From: Octopus bimaculoides
Lineage: Eukaryota
DNA length: 64,000 nucleotides
Direction: 5' to 3'
Assembly: GCF_001194135.2 (NCBI RefSeq)
Contig: NC_068983.1
Coordinates: 165,079,396 to 165,143,395, forward strand
The notes under the pieces: generated by a model
Database searches by the model: none
The model's input: only the letters and a program-made list of their open reading frames with translations
What the model was told of the DNA's origin: nothing
Made by a program: the position numbers and the translations under genes
Shown: positions 49,131-61,848 of the stretch, one piece after another
Layout: each line of letters starts with the position of its first letter
How positions within the stretch are numbered: the first letter of the stretch is position 1

Positions 49131-50044
49131 TCATTAATGAGGTGCTCAACATTTTTGTTTAAAGTTATCGTTTGACATTTAGGAACATTTCAATAACTTC
49201 TTGATTAACATTTTAACACCGTACCTATGATTCATTGACAAATTAAGTTGTCTTAAGGTATAGTAATGAATATTTTGTGGTTCCCAAATCAACCCACTTC
49301 TTTTGTAATATCAGTAGTCCTTCCGATAATTGCTGTCGTCGCTGAACCATTTCTGAAAGAAATAATGGCGTTACATCATTTTTGATCAACATTCATCATA
49401 GTACAACCAATTTAATTTATTGTTGTTAAACCAAAAGTTTCGACAGGAGTATGTAGTCTTCCATATATGGCGATTCATTTGGAAATTGTACGACACACCA
49501 CTAATTTTTTCTCTTGTCTGGCTACTTTATTTTACAATCAATTTTGTAACTCTTGATCAAATTTTAATCTCTTTTTTTTTCCTTTTATTTTTTCTTGAAA
49601 GTAACATCAGACATCTTTCTGTTGCTTTAGCGAGATTCTTTGTTTTGAAACAATCAATCACACTCAAAACGGTCCCATTCAAGAATAATGAGGAAGTTTA
49701 GCACGTAATTTAAATGCATAAGAAATCGTTCGCTATTAATGGATGAAACCATTCCATATTCGAAATATTTACATGAGCAATTGACCAGTCATAGCCTTAT
49801 CATTTCTCTTCTAAGTGCCAACCGCTTTATCAATATTTACAATGAAAATACTTTTATCTTAATAAAGAATTAACGTTAACGCCATTTTCTTAACTTCAAC
49901 TGAATAGGATCAAATAAACTGATGCTTCTTTTGATAGTTTTCCTGAGCCCTCCGACTCATAAGGGTGGTTGCCCAGTTTCTCTGACCGATAAGTGACCCA
50001 GATTACAACAGTCCTCTTGAAAAAGACATCGATTCGCTGCAGGG

Positions 50045-50182
50045 TTCAAAGCCTGCAATTTTGAGGGGAGGGGACAAGTCAATTATATCAATCACTGTGC
50101 TTCCCTGGTGGTATTTTTTTCAACCTTGAAGGGATGAAAGGCAAAGTTAACGTCGGTGCGGTTTCAACTGAGAACGTAAAAT
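50045..50182 (-). mobile_element. Family A SINE fragment
   Basis: ggatgaaaggcaaagtt...actgagaacgtaa matches the family A reverse complement. Confidence 0.6.
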
Positions 50183-50276
50183 ATAGATATAAATACATCT
50201 AAGTTCTATAATAACATATAATAATTATATACAGCTAAGTTCTGAACTTGTTATATAATAATTATATACATCTATA

Positions 50277-51300
50277 GGCGCAGGAGTGGTAAGAATTTTG
50301 CTTTCTAGTCGCGTGGTTTTGGGTTTAGTCCCACACAGTGGGCATATGTCTTCTACTATAAAGGAGCACTCCGTCGGTTACGACGACGAGGGTCCCAGCT
50401 GACCCGATCAACCGAACAGCTTGCTCGTGAGATTAACGTGCAAGTGGCTGAGCACTCCACAGACACGTGTGCCCCCTTCACATACTTCTCAGGGAGATTC
50501 AGCGTGATACAGAGTGTGACGAGTCTGACCTTTTGAAATACAGGTACTACTCATTTTTGCCAGCTGAGTGGACTGGAGCAACGTGAAATAAAGTGTCTTG
50601 CTCAAGGACACAACGCGTTGCCAAGAATTGAACTCACGACTTTATGATCGTGAGCCGAATGTCCTAACCACGAAGCCACGCGCCTTCACTCTTCTACTAT
50701 AGCCTTGGACCGATTAAAGCCTTGCGAGCGGATTTGGTAGGAGGAAACTGAATGAAGCCCGTNNNNNNNNNNNNNNNNNNNNNNNNNNNNNNNNNNNNNN
50801 NNNNNNNNNNNNNNNNNNNNNNNNNNNNNNNNNNNNNNNNNNNNNNNNNNNNNNNNNNNNNNNNNNNNNNNNNNNNNNNNNNNNNNNNNNNNNNNNNNNN
50901 NNNNNNNNNNNNNNNNNNNNNNNNNNNNNNNNNNNNNNNNNNNNNNNNNNNNNNNNNNNNNNNNNNNNNNNNNNNNNNNNNNNNNNNNNNNNNNNNNNNN
51001 NNNNNNNNNNNNNNNNNNNNNNNNNNNNNNNNNNNNNNNNNNNNNNNNNNNNNNNNNNNNNNNNNNNNNNNNNNNNNNNNNNNNNNNTATATATATATAT
51101 ATATATCTACGTGCACGTATACGCTTGACAACCGGTGTTGATGTGGTTGTCCCTTTAACTTAACGCTTCGGCAAAAGAGACCGATAGAATAAGCACCAGG
51201 CTGTAAAAATTAGTACTGTGCTCGATTCATTCGACTAAAATATTCAAGGCGCTGCTCCAGTATGGGTGCAGTCTAATGATGGAAATGAGTGAAAGATAGA
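50277..51300 (+). mobile_element. Family B SINE interrupted by a family C SINE and by a gap
   Basis: Head ggcgcaggagtgg at 50277; resumes at cttctactatagcc (50691); 3' half cgcttgacaaccgg...ggcaaaagagaccgatagaataag after the gap. Confidence 0.85.
50361..50689 (-). mobile_element. Family C SINE nested in family B
   Basis: Full-length family C sequence; 12-bp TSD tcttctactata at 50349-50360 and 50690-50701. Confidence 0.92.
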
Positions 51301-51523
51301 AGCGCTAAGATCCATAATTGATGAAGAACGGAAGCAATATCTATGTAAACATCCATGGTTTGTGGGAGCTTAGCGCTTCACTTTGACGGCCAGTTTTTCT
51401 GTAAAGAACATTTTGCGAAATTGTCAAAATATTATTCGAAGACATAGTTCTATATTTAAGAGATGAGGAATTATGTACATTATTTACATTTGACGGATAT
51501 TTGCCCTCATCTTGTTTGTTCTT

Positions 51524-51569
51524 AACACAACGTTTCGGCTGATATACCCTCCAGCCTTCATCAGGTATT
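51524..51569 (-). ncRNA. Minimal type I hammerhead ribozyme (Penelope-type)
   Basis: Minus strand AAUAC-CUGAUGA-A-GGCUG(GAGGGUAUAU)CAGCC-GAAAC-GUU-GUGUU: intact core, 5-bp stem II, 5-bp stem I (one G-U) and a loopless palindromic ACGU stem III. Predicted cleavage is between 51529 and 51528. Confidence 0.75.
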
Positions 51570-51785
51570 TTGGGGAAATTTCGAACTTAGGTTCTCATTC
51601 CTAAGGTATTTTTCGATGTTGTTGTTATTATTATTATTATTATTATTATTAATTGGTTTAGAGCGCGGGCTACTAACCCCAAGATTCCGAGTTCGATTCC
51701 AGGCAGTGACCTGAATAATAATAACAACAACAACAACATCGAAAAATACCTTAGGAATGAGAACCCAGGTTCGAAATTTCCCCAA

Positions 51786-51830
51786 GACACCTGATGAAGG
51801 CTGGAGTGTATATCAGCTGGAACATTGTGA
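51786..51830 (+). ncRNA. Degenerate copy of the same hammerhead motif
   Basis: GACAC-CUGAUGA-A-GGCUG(GAGUGUAUAU)CAGCU-GGAAC-AUU-GUGAU: GAAA>GGAA and GUU>AUU changes, so probably inactive. Confidence 0.55.
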
Positions 51831-51958
51831 TAACAAAAAACAAGATGAGGAGAAATATCCGTCAAATGTAAATAATGTAAATTTGAAGACATAGTTTGAA
51901 GAAATTAGAGTTTGCATTTATAGGATTTCACCATAAGAGGAAATGTGTATGCAACAGG

Positions 51959-52262
51959 GAAGGCGCGTGGTTTAATGGTTTGGGTATTCGGCTGACGTTC
52001 GTGAGTTCGATTTCCGGCGGCGCGTTGTGTCTCTGACCAAGACACTTTATTTCACGTTGCTCCAATCCACTCAGCTCACAAAAATGAATTGTACCTGTAA
52101 TTTCAAAGGGGACCAGCCTTGTCATGTTCTGTGTCGCACTCAATTTCCCTGAAGATTACGTATAAGCTACACGTGTCCGTGAAATGCTCAGTCACATGCA
52201 CGTTAATTTCGCGAAAAGACTTCTCCATTGATCGGATCAACTGGAACCCTCGTCGTCGTCAT
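51959..52262 (+). mobile_element. Family C SINE (full length)
   Basis: aaggcgcgtggtttaatggtttgggtattcggctgac...gagttcgatttccggcggcgcgttgtgtctctgaccaagacactttatttcacgttgctcc...ggaaccctcgtcgtcg. Confidence 0.88.
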
Positions 52263-53111
52263 CGATCGACTGTCAGTGTGCAATTACAAAAGCACCAACG
52301 ACGAGAACTATTCAAACGAAAACCCTTTAACATTGTTCATACTGACTGCTAAGGTCATCCAATTTCAGCATTACCTTGGCAATTAGCTGTATATTAACTG
52401 CTATAAAGTCAATAGTCACCGCTCAATCATTTTAATCTTCTTGACTAAGATTGTTTACTTTAATCCTGCTACAGATTTAATTAATTTATTATCAACTAAT
52501 TCTGTTTTATGAGGCATTGATTTTAAGATGAGATTAAAACTAGTGGAAAATAAAGACCAGCTTGCTTGTCACCAGCAATATTTTTGGAGCAATTAAGAAA
52601 TTTTTTGTAGTGCTTTGCAGCTCAATTTTGTGTTTTATTTTTTAAAGTTCGTGTTATTATTTTTTTAAGATGGAAGAGCATGTGTGATGATATCTTTAAA
52701 ATTTTTATTGTTGAATTTTGTTGTTATTAAACAACAAACTTTCTAAACGATACGATGTAGTCACACACCCTCATATTAAACAACATTAACAAGAATGACC
52801 CGAAAATTAACAACAACAGAAATAATATCAGCGTTACAACAGCTCAAATACTAACGATGCAGCAATATATAATTCCGAGTGGCACTAAAAATATTTCCAG
52901 TGACAAGCAAGTTACCCACAGCATAGCGTCAAAAGAAAACATTCATTCCAGGAGCGCTAAAGTCATATACCATAGCAGTTTGACGAAGTGGTACGCTATT
53001 ATCTAAAAGATTCCTTACGGAGTTCACAAGAGGGTAGTACTGTCTAGACTGAGAAATGCTAATATAAGGAGAATGAGAATGGGGATATGACTGTAAATGT
53101 GAGTGTATATG

Positions 53112-53212
53112 AATGTATGCATGTATAATTGAGCATGTGTGCATGTATAATTGAGCATGTGTGCATGTATAATTGAGCATGTGTGCATGTATAATTGAGC
53201 ATGTGTGCATGT
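53112..53212. repeat. 22-bp tandem repeat (ATAATTGAGCATGTGTGCATGT x~4)
   Basis: Direct reading. Confidence 0.9.
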
Positions 53213-53465
53213 ATGTATAAATGTATGTGAGAATTTGCGCACATGTATCAGCACGTGCATGCATGGCCGCATTATTATAGACATATACACAACATTTATT
53301 AGTATTATTATTATTATTATTGTTCATTTAATGAATAAATTCTGTGTTTCATTAAAACTGAAATAACTGTTATCTGTTCTATGCTATCAGTGAGGAAAAC
53401 TCTGTGCCATCTTTTCCACCATCTTCATCATCACAACAATCATATCTCACCACAATCGTTACTAT

Positions 53466-53497
<32 letters not shown>

Positions 53498-54004
53498 GTT
53501 TTCTTATCTATGCACATTCTTCAATGTTTACATCTTATTTTTGTTCTCCCCCTCCGCCATCCTTATTAAATACGCAACGTCGGTATGTCCGATCTCATAT
53601 AGCGAAACGCTGTCTGGCGACGCACAGGCCATTTTGAAGATTAGTTTTCCGTCTCTTCTTTTCTCATCGCTCCGATAATAATCGAAGTGAAAAGCATTAT
53701 CAGCAATATGGCGGAAAGTCGTTCTTCGTTGCAAAGGAGTCCTCAGCCCTGCATACTAAATACTTATGCGGTAGGATCTCCTACACGAAATATAATGAGC
53801 TGAACTAATGAAAGTTACCCCTGCAGCTAGTAGACTGAAACTCTTTCTTTCTTGTGCTTGACATCGAAAGCGAGAATACTAGAGAAATAACGCCAATGGA
53901 ATCAGTTAATTATTTTGGTGGATGGTGTATGATGGAAAGTTTAGACAATGCAATCGGAGTATATTTTGTCCTTATAACTAACGACTGAACTTTATATTGG
54001 TTTC

Positions 54005-54199
54005 AAGTCTTGGCAGAACGCCAGCAAATTCGAGGAAGGGGAAAGTCGGTTGTATGGACCCCAGTGTTTAGCGGGTATTTCGAAAGGATGAAAGGCAAAG
54101 TCGACCTCGGCGGAATTTGAACTCAGAACATAAAGATAGACGAAATGCGGCTAAACATTTCATCCGGCATGCAAACACTTCTGCCAGATCGCCGCCATT
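54005..54199 (-). mobile_element. Family A SINE
   Basis: ggatgaaaggcaaagtcgacctcggcggaatttgaactcagaac...ctgccagatcgccgcc. Confidence 0.85.
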
Positions 54200-54249
54200 A
54201 TAGACTGGGCTCTCTATTTAAAAACTATGATCGCTTTGTTTGTTTATCG

Positions 54250-54900
54250 CGATTTTCTGCTCGACCACTTTGAGGATCCACTCATCTCTCGCCCAACACA
54301 GTCTCCCCAAATGCTTCACTGCTTAGAAGTCAAACAGTGGTTCTCCCCGTTGACTTGTGCCTTTCTCTTGCATCAGAGTTGCCATGTGTCTCGGTCCCTG
54401 CGCGTATGGGTTACAAATATGCTGTCGTGGAGCTACAGGGACCGAGTTCGGATTGCACCAGTTCTCTTCTCATCACAACGTGGTACGTTTTATTATCACG
54501 CCTCACTGAACCATGTTATTAAAAGAGGTCTTGACTTTTTCCGGTTACCCTGCTACATCTAGAGTTTGTTGGCCTCCACTATGACAACAACAGGCTTCCG
54601 GACGGTTTTATCTTTTCCCCATTGGAGACGAGCAAATCATCCGTCTGGGATATCTCTTGTTGTGACAAATTCTCCAGCACCGACTTTATCGCTTCGGTCA
54701 TAAATCTAAGAGCAGCTCCTATCTACGTGGAAGAGCAGAGGTTGACCAAATGCGAACCATTGACAGTCGTTGGAGTATCGCTCTTCTCTTTGAAATTGGT
54801 ATGACGGCACTGCACTTCAGAATAAAATAGAGAACCATGTACGAAAGAGCAGGTGGTGTAGCGGATACGATTGGCTGTTCTTTGCTCTGCTCTCCACATG
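54250..54900 (-). mobile_element. Possible ancient RTE LINE remnant
   Basis: Only scattered motif-like pieces on the minus strand (HGS like YGS, DKVG, GEKIK-PSG). Very degraded. Confidence 0.3.
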
Positions 54901-55032
54901 GCGTGTGGGGAAGGAATTATTCATGAGAAAATACATTGAATATATTTGGTTATTTCAGACTATTATGCATATATACATATGTAAATAAGAAAAGTTAATT
55001 ATATACCCATTCGTAACGCTAAAGGCACATAT

Positions 55033-55072
<40 letters not shown>

Positions 55073-55571
55073 GTATTCATACATGCATAGATGTGCGTGT
55101 ATATGTGTGTGTATGCATGTACTACGTAGGTATATATATGTATGAATGTGCGTATGCATGTACATATGTATATTTTATATGTGTGTGTGTGTGTGTGTGA
55201 GTGTGTATGAACGCATGTATGAAAGTATTGATCAATTACCATACACAGCTATCAGAATACCCATCACTCTTTCTTCTGACCATTTCCATTCCATTTTGTA
55301 TCTATTTTTCTATCAATATGAGTCAGAAATGCAGATATGTGTATATATATATATGTGTGTATGTGTTAATCACTATAAATCAGCTGATGTCTGTTTTTTC
55401 CCAGTATTATATAAATTAGTTTTACTATTTAAACATTAAAGTGTAGAGGAAGAGTAAAGTTTCTGCCGTGGTTTAGCCCTAGGTCACTCCTGGTTGTCCA
55501 AAAGTGGTCTAGCTCTGAACAACCCCATTTTATTTACAATTAATCGTAATGTATTTATGACGACATTAAGT

Positions 55572-55745
55572 GCAGGCATGGCCGTATGGTTAAGAAGTTC
55601 GTCGTTTGAAGCCAAGCGGTTTCAAGTTCCGTCCCAATGCGCGGCACATTGAGCAAGGGTCTTCCACTACAGCTCTTTGTCAGTGAATTTGGTAGATAGA
55701 AACTGTGCAGAAGCCCGTCGTGTGTGTGTGTGTGTGTGTGTGTGC
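55572..55745 (+). mobile_element. Family B SINE, 5' half
   Basis: gcaggcatggccgtatggttaagaag...gttccgtcccaatgcgcggcacattgagcaagggtcttccacta...agaagcccgtcg(tg)n. Confidence 0.75.
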
Positions 55746-55814
55746 TAAGTATTTCGCCCGACGTGCTAACGATTCTACCAGCTCGACGCCTTTATGTCTC
55801 TAATAATTGTTATG

Positions 55815-56112
55815 TTGTTGCTTGTTCCTTCTCGAACCATGCCTGGCTCATAAGGGCCGGTTTCCCGGTTTCATTGACGTATAGGTTCCCCACCTGAACA
55901 GGACGCCGGTCCGTCTCAGGTGAGCTGCTAGATGCAAGAGGAAAGAGTGAGAGAAAGTTGCAGTGAAAGAGTCAACAGAAGTTCGCCATTACCCTCTGCC
56001 GCGTGGAGCTTAGGTGTTTCGCTCATAAACGCACACATCTCCCGGTCTGAGATTTGAACCCACGATCCCGCGATTGCGAGTCTGCTGCTATAACCACTAG
56101 GCCATATGCCTC
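55815..56112 (-). mobile_element. Family E SINE
   Basis: Reverse complement gaggcatatggcctagtggttatagcagcagactcgcaatcgcgggatcgtgggttcaaatctcagaccggg...gaaaccgggaaaccggcccttatgagccaggcatggttcgagaaggaac. Confidence 0.88.
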
Positions 56113-57367
56113 TATTCTCTAATTGTTACCCTACCAAAAATGATAGCTCTTATACAGGTCACGATAACACATTCTATTTATATAATTATGGAAGGTTCGC
56201 AACAACACTTATATCCAACCTAATCAGATAAGATCGTTTTGATAGTCACACATATTTTAATTAACCGATTTAATTAATAATCTTGTCATTAACAATATTC
56301 ATCAGATTGTTCCTCCTTTTAATGGCCTCATACAAAGCTATCTCACCATAAAATGAGAGATAAATCTCTTGAATCAATCAACTCCAGTCATTTATATCGA
56401 AGTAATATGGCAGATATTTATTCCGATCCAACTTGGGTCTCCTACGTGGGTGGTCGACCTGCTAGACATAACAGCCAAATCTCCCTCAAACCACATTCTG
56501 CTGTTCTTTTTCTTTTCTTTTTTTAGAACTATAATTTACTTCGGGATACACTAGATAATAATGTACTTCAGGGTACTCTAAATTGGAAAAGAAAGACAAC
56601 AGCCATAGCCGAAATATTTTTATTCATATCTTCTTCTTCTCCAAAAGGATAAAATACGAAAGTTGACCACAGTGGGATTTAAACTCAGAACGTAAAGATT
56701 TAGAACAAATACGGTAAACCGTTTTTTCTTTTTCTTTTTCTTTTTCAAACACTAACACTGTTACATTATTTTGTCGACCTCGAAAGGTTGAAGGGCAAAG
56801 TTGACCTCAGCAGGAATTGAACGCATAACCGAAAGATCTGCAACAAAGAGACCAAAATATTTAATCGGCTGTTCTAATGATTCAACTGCTTCGCCGTCTT
56901 AGAATGACTGCGGATCTCTTTGAGGAATTCCGGTCAGAATCTGAATGCGAGAGGAACAATGCAGCTCCTTCGCTGATTACGTAACGCTTGAAACGTCCGT
57001 TATTTATGGCGCTAATGTTTCTCTTTCGCTGCACCCCTTATCTAAGAGAGATATACCGACCCAACGTTCATATTTAGCTTCTCGCAGACAATTGATCCAG
57101 AGTTAGTTAATTGTTCCTAACCATGGACACAATGTCGTACCAGGGATGGGGAGCGAACTATCGATACGATAGATCAATAACCGGATACAAAAACCTATCC
57201 AGCAAACTATTTGGCTGACTCTGACGCCGAATACATATTAATTCCATTTTGATAGAAACAGAAATATATTTTGTTTAATGTATTATGTTTGATAAGAAAT
57301 AAAAGAAAACAAAATGTTCCACCATAAAATAACTCACGGTCTGCCATAAATGACTGATTAAATTTTG

Positions 57368-57417
<50 letters not shown>

Positions 57418-58132
57418 TTATGTAACAATGAGTGTGTGTGTGCATATGTGTATTTATTTTGATATATTTTTTTAAAGAATATTAAACCAGATATTTCTAA
57501 TTTATTGGTTGCGATACAAATATTTAAAACAAATGTTTTGCAAACCAGTTTTGGAATCTATATCACAGAATTCAACACTGCACACACACACACTCATACA
57601 TACATAAAAATTCATACACGCACAGCACACGCATACACATATATATACATACATGAACACAATAAAATACAAACATATATGCATACATACACACATGCAC
57701 TCGCATATGTGTCTGTATGCATGTATGTGTATTTATGTATGCATGTATGTATGTATGTATGCACATACATACAAACATGCATGCATACATACACACATAC
57801 ACACACACACCTCAAATATACACTCGTATCCGACAGTCAACGAAACAAGCCTTTACACTGATAGAACAATGTTCACATACATAAACATGAACATATACGC
57901 AACTATACAGTCAAGCTCGCACACAACCACACATACAATCATACATAGACACGCACACACACACACACACACATTGACGTATATATGCATACACACGCGT
58001 ATAAATTCACATACATAACAATGCACATGCATAAAAATGCACATGCAATCATACATATATTTATACATACATGCATGTGTGTGAATGTGTTTCCATACAT
58101 AAATTACATACCTAGATTCAAAACTAAGAGTT

Positions 58133-58425
58133 CTCCGTCGGTTACGACGACAAGGGTCCCAGCTGATACGATTAAATCAACGTGCAAGTGGCTGAGCACC
58201 CCACAGACACGTGTGCCCTTAAGGTAGTTCTCCAGGAGATTCAGTGTGACACAAAATGTGACAAGGCTGCCCTTTGAAATACGGGTACTGCTCATTTTTG
58301 CCAGCTGAGTGGATTGGAGCAACGTGAAATAAAGTGTCTTGCTCAAGAACACAACGGGCCGCCGAGAATTGATCTCACGACCTTACAATCGTGAGTCGAA
58401 TGCCCTAACCACTAAACCACGCACC

Positions 58426-58428
<3 letters not shown>
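58133..58428 (-). mobile_element. Family C SINE (full length)
   Basis: ctccgtcggttacgacgacaagggtccc...gaaataaagtgtcttgctcaag...ccctaaccactaaaccacgcacctt. Confidence 0.9.
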
Positions 58429-58457
<29 letters not shown>

Positions 58458-59494
58458 ATACATACATACACACACACTCCTATACACACCGGCCAAACAA
58501 TGTTCTCATTCAATAGCAGGAACCAAGCGGGTGAGTCTCATGTCAGTTATACATTGCAGAGAATAACGCATACACACATACAAACTCATACATACATGCA
58601 CATATATACATACGCACATGCACTGATGCACGCGCAAGTATATTAGGTTTTTATGATGTTTTCCTATATTCCTGTATTAAGCATGACTGATTCGACAAGC
58701 AATTAATACCGAAGAGATTATAATGATTTAACAATGAAGTAATCTATTTATCGTCATATCTGATGGCTTATTTGTCTATTACTCTATCTGNNNNNNNNNN
58801 NNNNNNNNNNNNNNNNNNNNNNNNNNNNNNNNNNNNNNNNNNNNNNNNNNNNNNNNNNNNNNNNNNNNNNNNNNNNNNNNNNNNNNNNNNNNNNNNNNNN
58901 NNNNNNNNNNNNNNNNNNNNNNNNNNNNNNNNNNNNNNNNNNNNNNNNNNNNNNNNAGTAATCTATTTATCGTCATATCTGATGGCTTATTTGTCTATTA
59001 CTCTATCTGTCTCTCAATCATCCCTCTTTCTTTCCCTCTCTCTCTCTCCCTCTCCTTATCTATCTATCTATCTGTCTATCTATCTATCTATCTATATATA
59101 TATACATCTATCTATCTTACCTATCTATTTTATCTATCTATCTATCTGTCAATCTATCTATCTCCCTGTCTGTCTGTCTCAGTTTTTCTATATCTATATC
59201 AATCTGCTTCGTTAATCTCTCTCTCCCTCTCTCTCTATCTATCTATCTGTCATTCTCTCTGTCTATCTACCTATATATTTACTCCCTTATCTGTTTATGT
59301 ATGTATGTATGTGTGTCTGTACTCGTGCATAAGCCTATACAGGGTATCCCGTAAGTTAAGCCAGTAATTAGCTACATTGAAGTTCAAAACATGAAAGATG
59401 TATAGAACAAATTTATTGAGATACACTGATGCGTGCTTGCCTAGTTAATGTACGCATGCGCATTACGCACGCTCGTATATATGTACGCATGTAG

Positions 59495-59529
<35 letters not shown>

Positions 59530-59535
<6 letters not shown>

Positions 59536-59745
59536 CAATGGCCCAGTGGTTAGGGCAGCGAACTCGCGGTCATAGGATCGCGGTTTCGATTCCCAGACAG
59601 GGGGCGTTGTGAGTGTTTATTGAGCGAAAACACCTAAAGCTCCACGAGGCTCCGGCAGGGGATGGTGGTGGTGAACCCTGCTGTACTCTTTCACCACAAC
59701 ATTCTCTCACTCTTTCTCCCTGTTTCTGTTGTACCTGTATTTCAA
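59530..59745 (+). mobile_element. Family D SINE (3' part lost in the gap)
   Basis: gcgcaatggcccagtggttagggcagcgaactcgcggtcataggatcgcggtttcgattcccagac, near-identical to 19157. Confidence 0.9.
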
Positions 59746-60397
59746 NNNNNNNNNNNNNNNNNNNNNNNNNNNNNNNNNNNNNNNNNNNNNNNNNNNNNNN
59801 NNNNNNNNNNNNNNNNNNNNNNNNNNNNNNNNNNNNNNNNNNNNNNNNNNNNNNNNNNNNNNNNNNNNNNNNNNNNNNNNNNNNNNNNNNNNNNNNNNNN
59901 NNNNNNNNNNNNNNNNNNNNNNNNNNNNNNNNNNNNNNNNNNNNNNNNNNNNNNNNNNNNNNNNNNNNNNNNNNNNNNNNNNNNNNNNNNNNNNNNNNNN
60001 NNNNNNNNNNNNNNNNNNNNNNNNNNNNNNNNNNNNNNNNNNNNNNNNNNNNNNNNNNNNNNNNNNNNNNNNNNNNNNNNNNNNNNNNNNNNNNNNNNNN
60101 NNNNNNNNNNNNNNNNNNNNNNNNNNNNNNNNNNNNNNNNNNNNNNNNNNNNNNNNNNNNNNNNNNNNNNNNNNNNNNNNNNNNNNNNNNNNNNNNNNNN
60201 NNNNNNNNNNNNNNNNNNNNNNNNNNNNNNNNNNNNNNNNNNNNNNNNNNNNNNNNNNNNNNNNNNNNNNNNNNNNNNNNNNNNNNNNNNNNNNNNNNNN
60301 NNNNNNNNNNNNNNNNNNNNNNNNNNNNNNNNNNNNNNNNNNNNNNNNNNNNNNNNNNNNNNNNNNNNNNNNNNNNNNNNNNNNNNNNNNNNNNNNN

Positions 60398-60454
<57 letters not shown>

Positions 60455-60479
60455 GTATGTGTGTGCGTATTTATGTATT

Positions 60480-60670
60480 TGAGTTTGTCCCCTCACCACC
60501 ACCATCGCTTGACAACCGATGTTGGTATGACTAGCGATTCGGCAAAAAGAGACCGATAGAATAAGTACCAGGCTTACAAAGAATAAGTCCTGGGGTCTAT
60601 TTGTTTGACTAAAAGGCGGTGCTCCAGCATGACCGCAGTCAAACGACAAACAAATAAACGATTAAAAGAA
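60480..60670 (+). mobile_element. Family B SINE, 3' half
   Basis: tttgtcccc...catcgcttgacaaccgatg...ttcggcaaaaagagaccgatagaataagtacc...ggcggtgctccagcatgaccgcagtcaaa. Confidence 0.88.
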
Positions 60671-61810
60671 AGATTATATATATATATATATATAATCGCT
60701 CTGTGTGTGTGTGTGTGTCTCTCTCTCTTGCTCTCGTGTATATATGTGTGTATGTATGTATGTATGTAGATAGATAGATAGATAGATGGGTGGATAGCTG
60801 TGTGTGTTTGTGTGTATATATTTATATATGAGGCTATATGAGAGCCATTAAGTTGCCCTTGTGGCTCTATACAACCATTTTACATACGTTACTAATGATT
60901 GTAAACATCCGTTAATGCAATTTACTCCGACCTATATATTCCCTGCGGCTTTATACAAGAGGAAAAGTAACAGACTTCCTTTTTTACTTTTTCCTTGTTT
61001 TTACTTTTATTCTTTTTTTTTTTTTTTCAAAGTCTATGTTGTCTTAAAGATATCATACCAATTCCAAGCCTTCTGCAAGTGTTGAAATCTAGTTTATTAC
61101 ATTCGTTTTTATTTTCTCGGAACCAAAACTGGAAATATATTAGCAACATAAACAACCTGCTGGTTACTAATTAGCTAAGACTGGATTCCTGTTTTCCATC
61201 ATTGACCTTCATTTGAATTATAATCTATTGACGCATTCAATTATATTGTAAACACAAAATAGTAAATCTTCAAGTCCAGTAAATCGCCATTTATAAACAA
61301 AGTTTAGCCATCAACGTGGTGCTTCTATCGATTATTTTGATCTTCCTCTAACCACTGCACTTGCTCTCATGTGTTGCTTCTAGCTGACAGCTAACTCATT
61401 TCATACCCTCGACATTCCTGTCCAATGCCTGTCACCTTTATTATAGTCGTCTCACTGTTGTAAACTACAACAAACATACTATTTGCTGGTGTATATTGAA
61501 TCTAAACACTGAAATATACTTGTTTCGACTCTAAACTGTGATTTCTGGTCTGAAAATATTGCAAACATGGCTGTGTGGTTAAAAAGTTCTTTTTTCCGGT
61601 TACGAGGTTTCGGCTATCAACCTTTTCGTTTTTCCTCGTGATTTCTCATGTACTTGCCATCTATTTTTCAGATATAATAGGCCATGTACTCAGAACTCGA
61701 ATATTACTTGGGGACACAAGCGAGTTATAAAAACTGCCTAAATACGTGTTTCCAATGCAAAGAAAAAACTATTAGGAGCTCATATCTTTATACTGCGTAC
61801 ATTAAATGAT

Positions 61811-61848
<38 letters not shown>

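Larger units (their letters stand above)
51450..51885. mobile_element. Head-to-head pair of a tRNA-headed, hammerhead-bearing short retroelement
   Basis: Inverted arms 51476-~51652 and ~51714-51879; tRNA-like spacer 51654-51713 with B-box gagttcgattcc (51689-51700); direct repeat gaagacatagtt at 51438-51449 and 51886-51897. Confidence 0.8.

Noticed and set aside
49245-49352. Minus-strand acceptor followed by MVQRRQQLSEGLLILQKKWVDLG
   Set aside because: A single short frame with no recognised homology or supporting neighbouring exons.
51654-51713. Possible tRNA gene
   Set aside because: The acceptor stem and 5' A-box are truncated and the anticodon stem has only 3 bp; it is a SINE head. The same applies to the other tRNA-like heads in the window.
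58739-59009. 52-bp direct repeat on both sides of a gap (58739-58790 and 58958-59009)
   Set aside because: The exact duplication abuts both gap edges, typical of an unmerged contig overlap.
59335-59440. TACAGGGTATCCC start resembling a Tc1/mariner TIR
   Set aside because: No matching inverted end found nearby.
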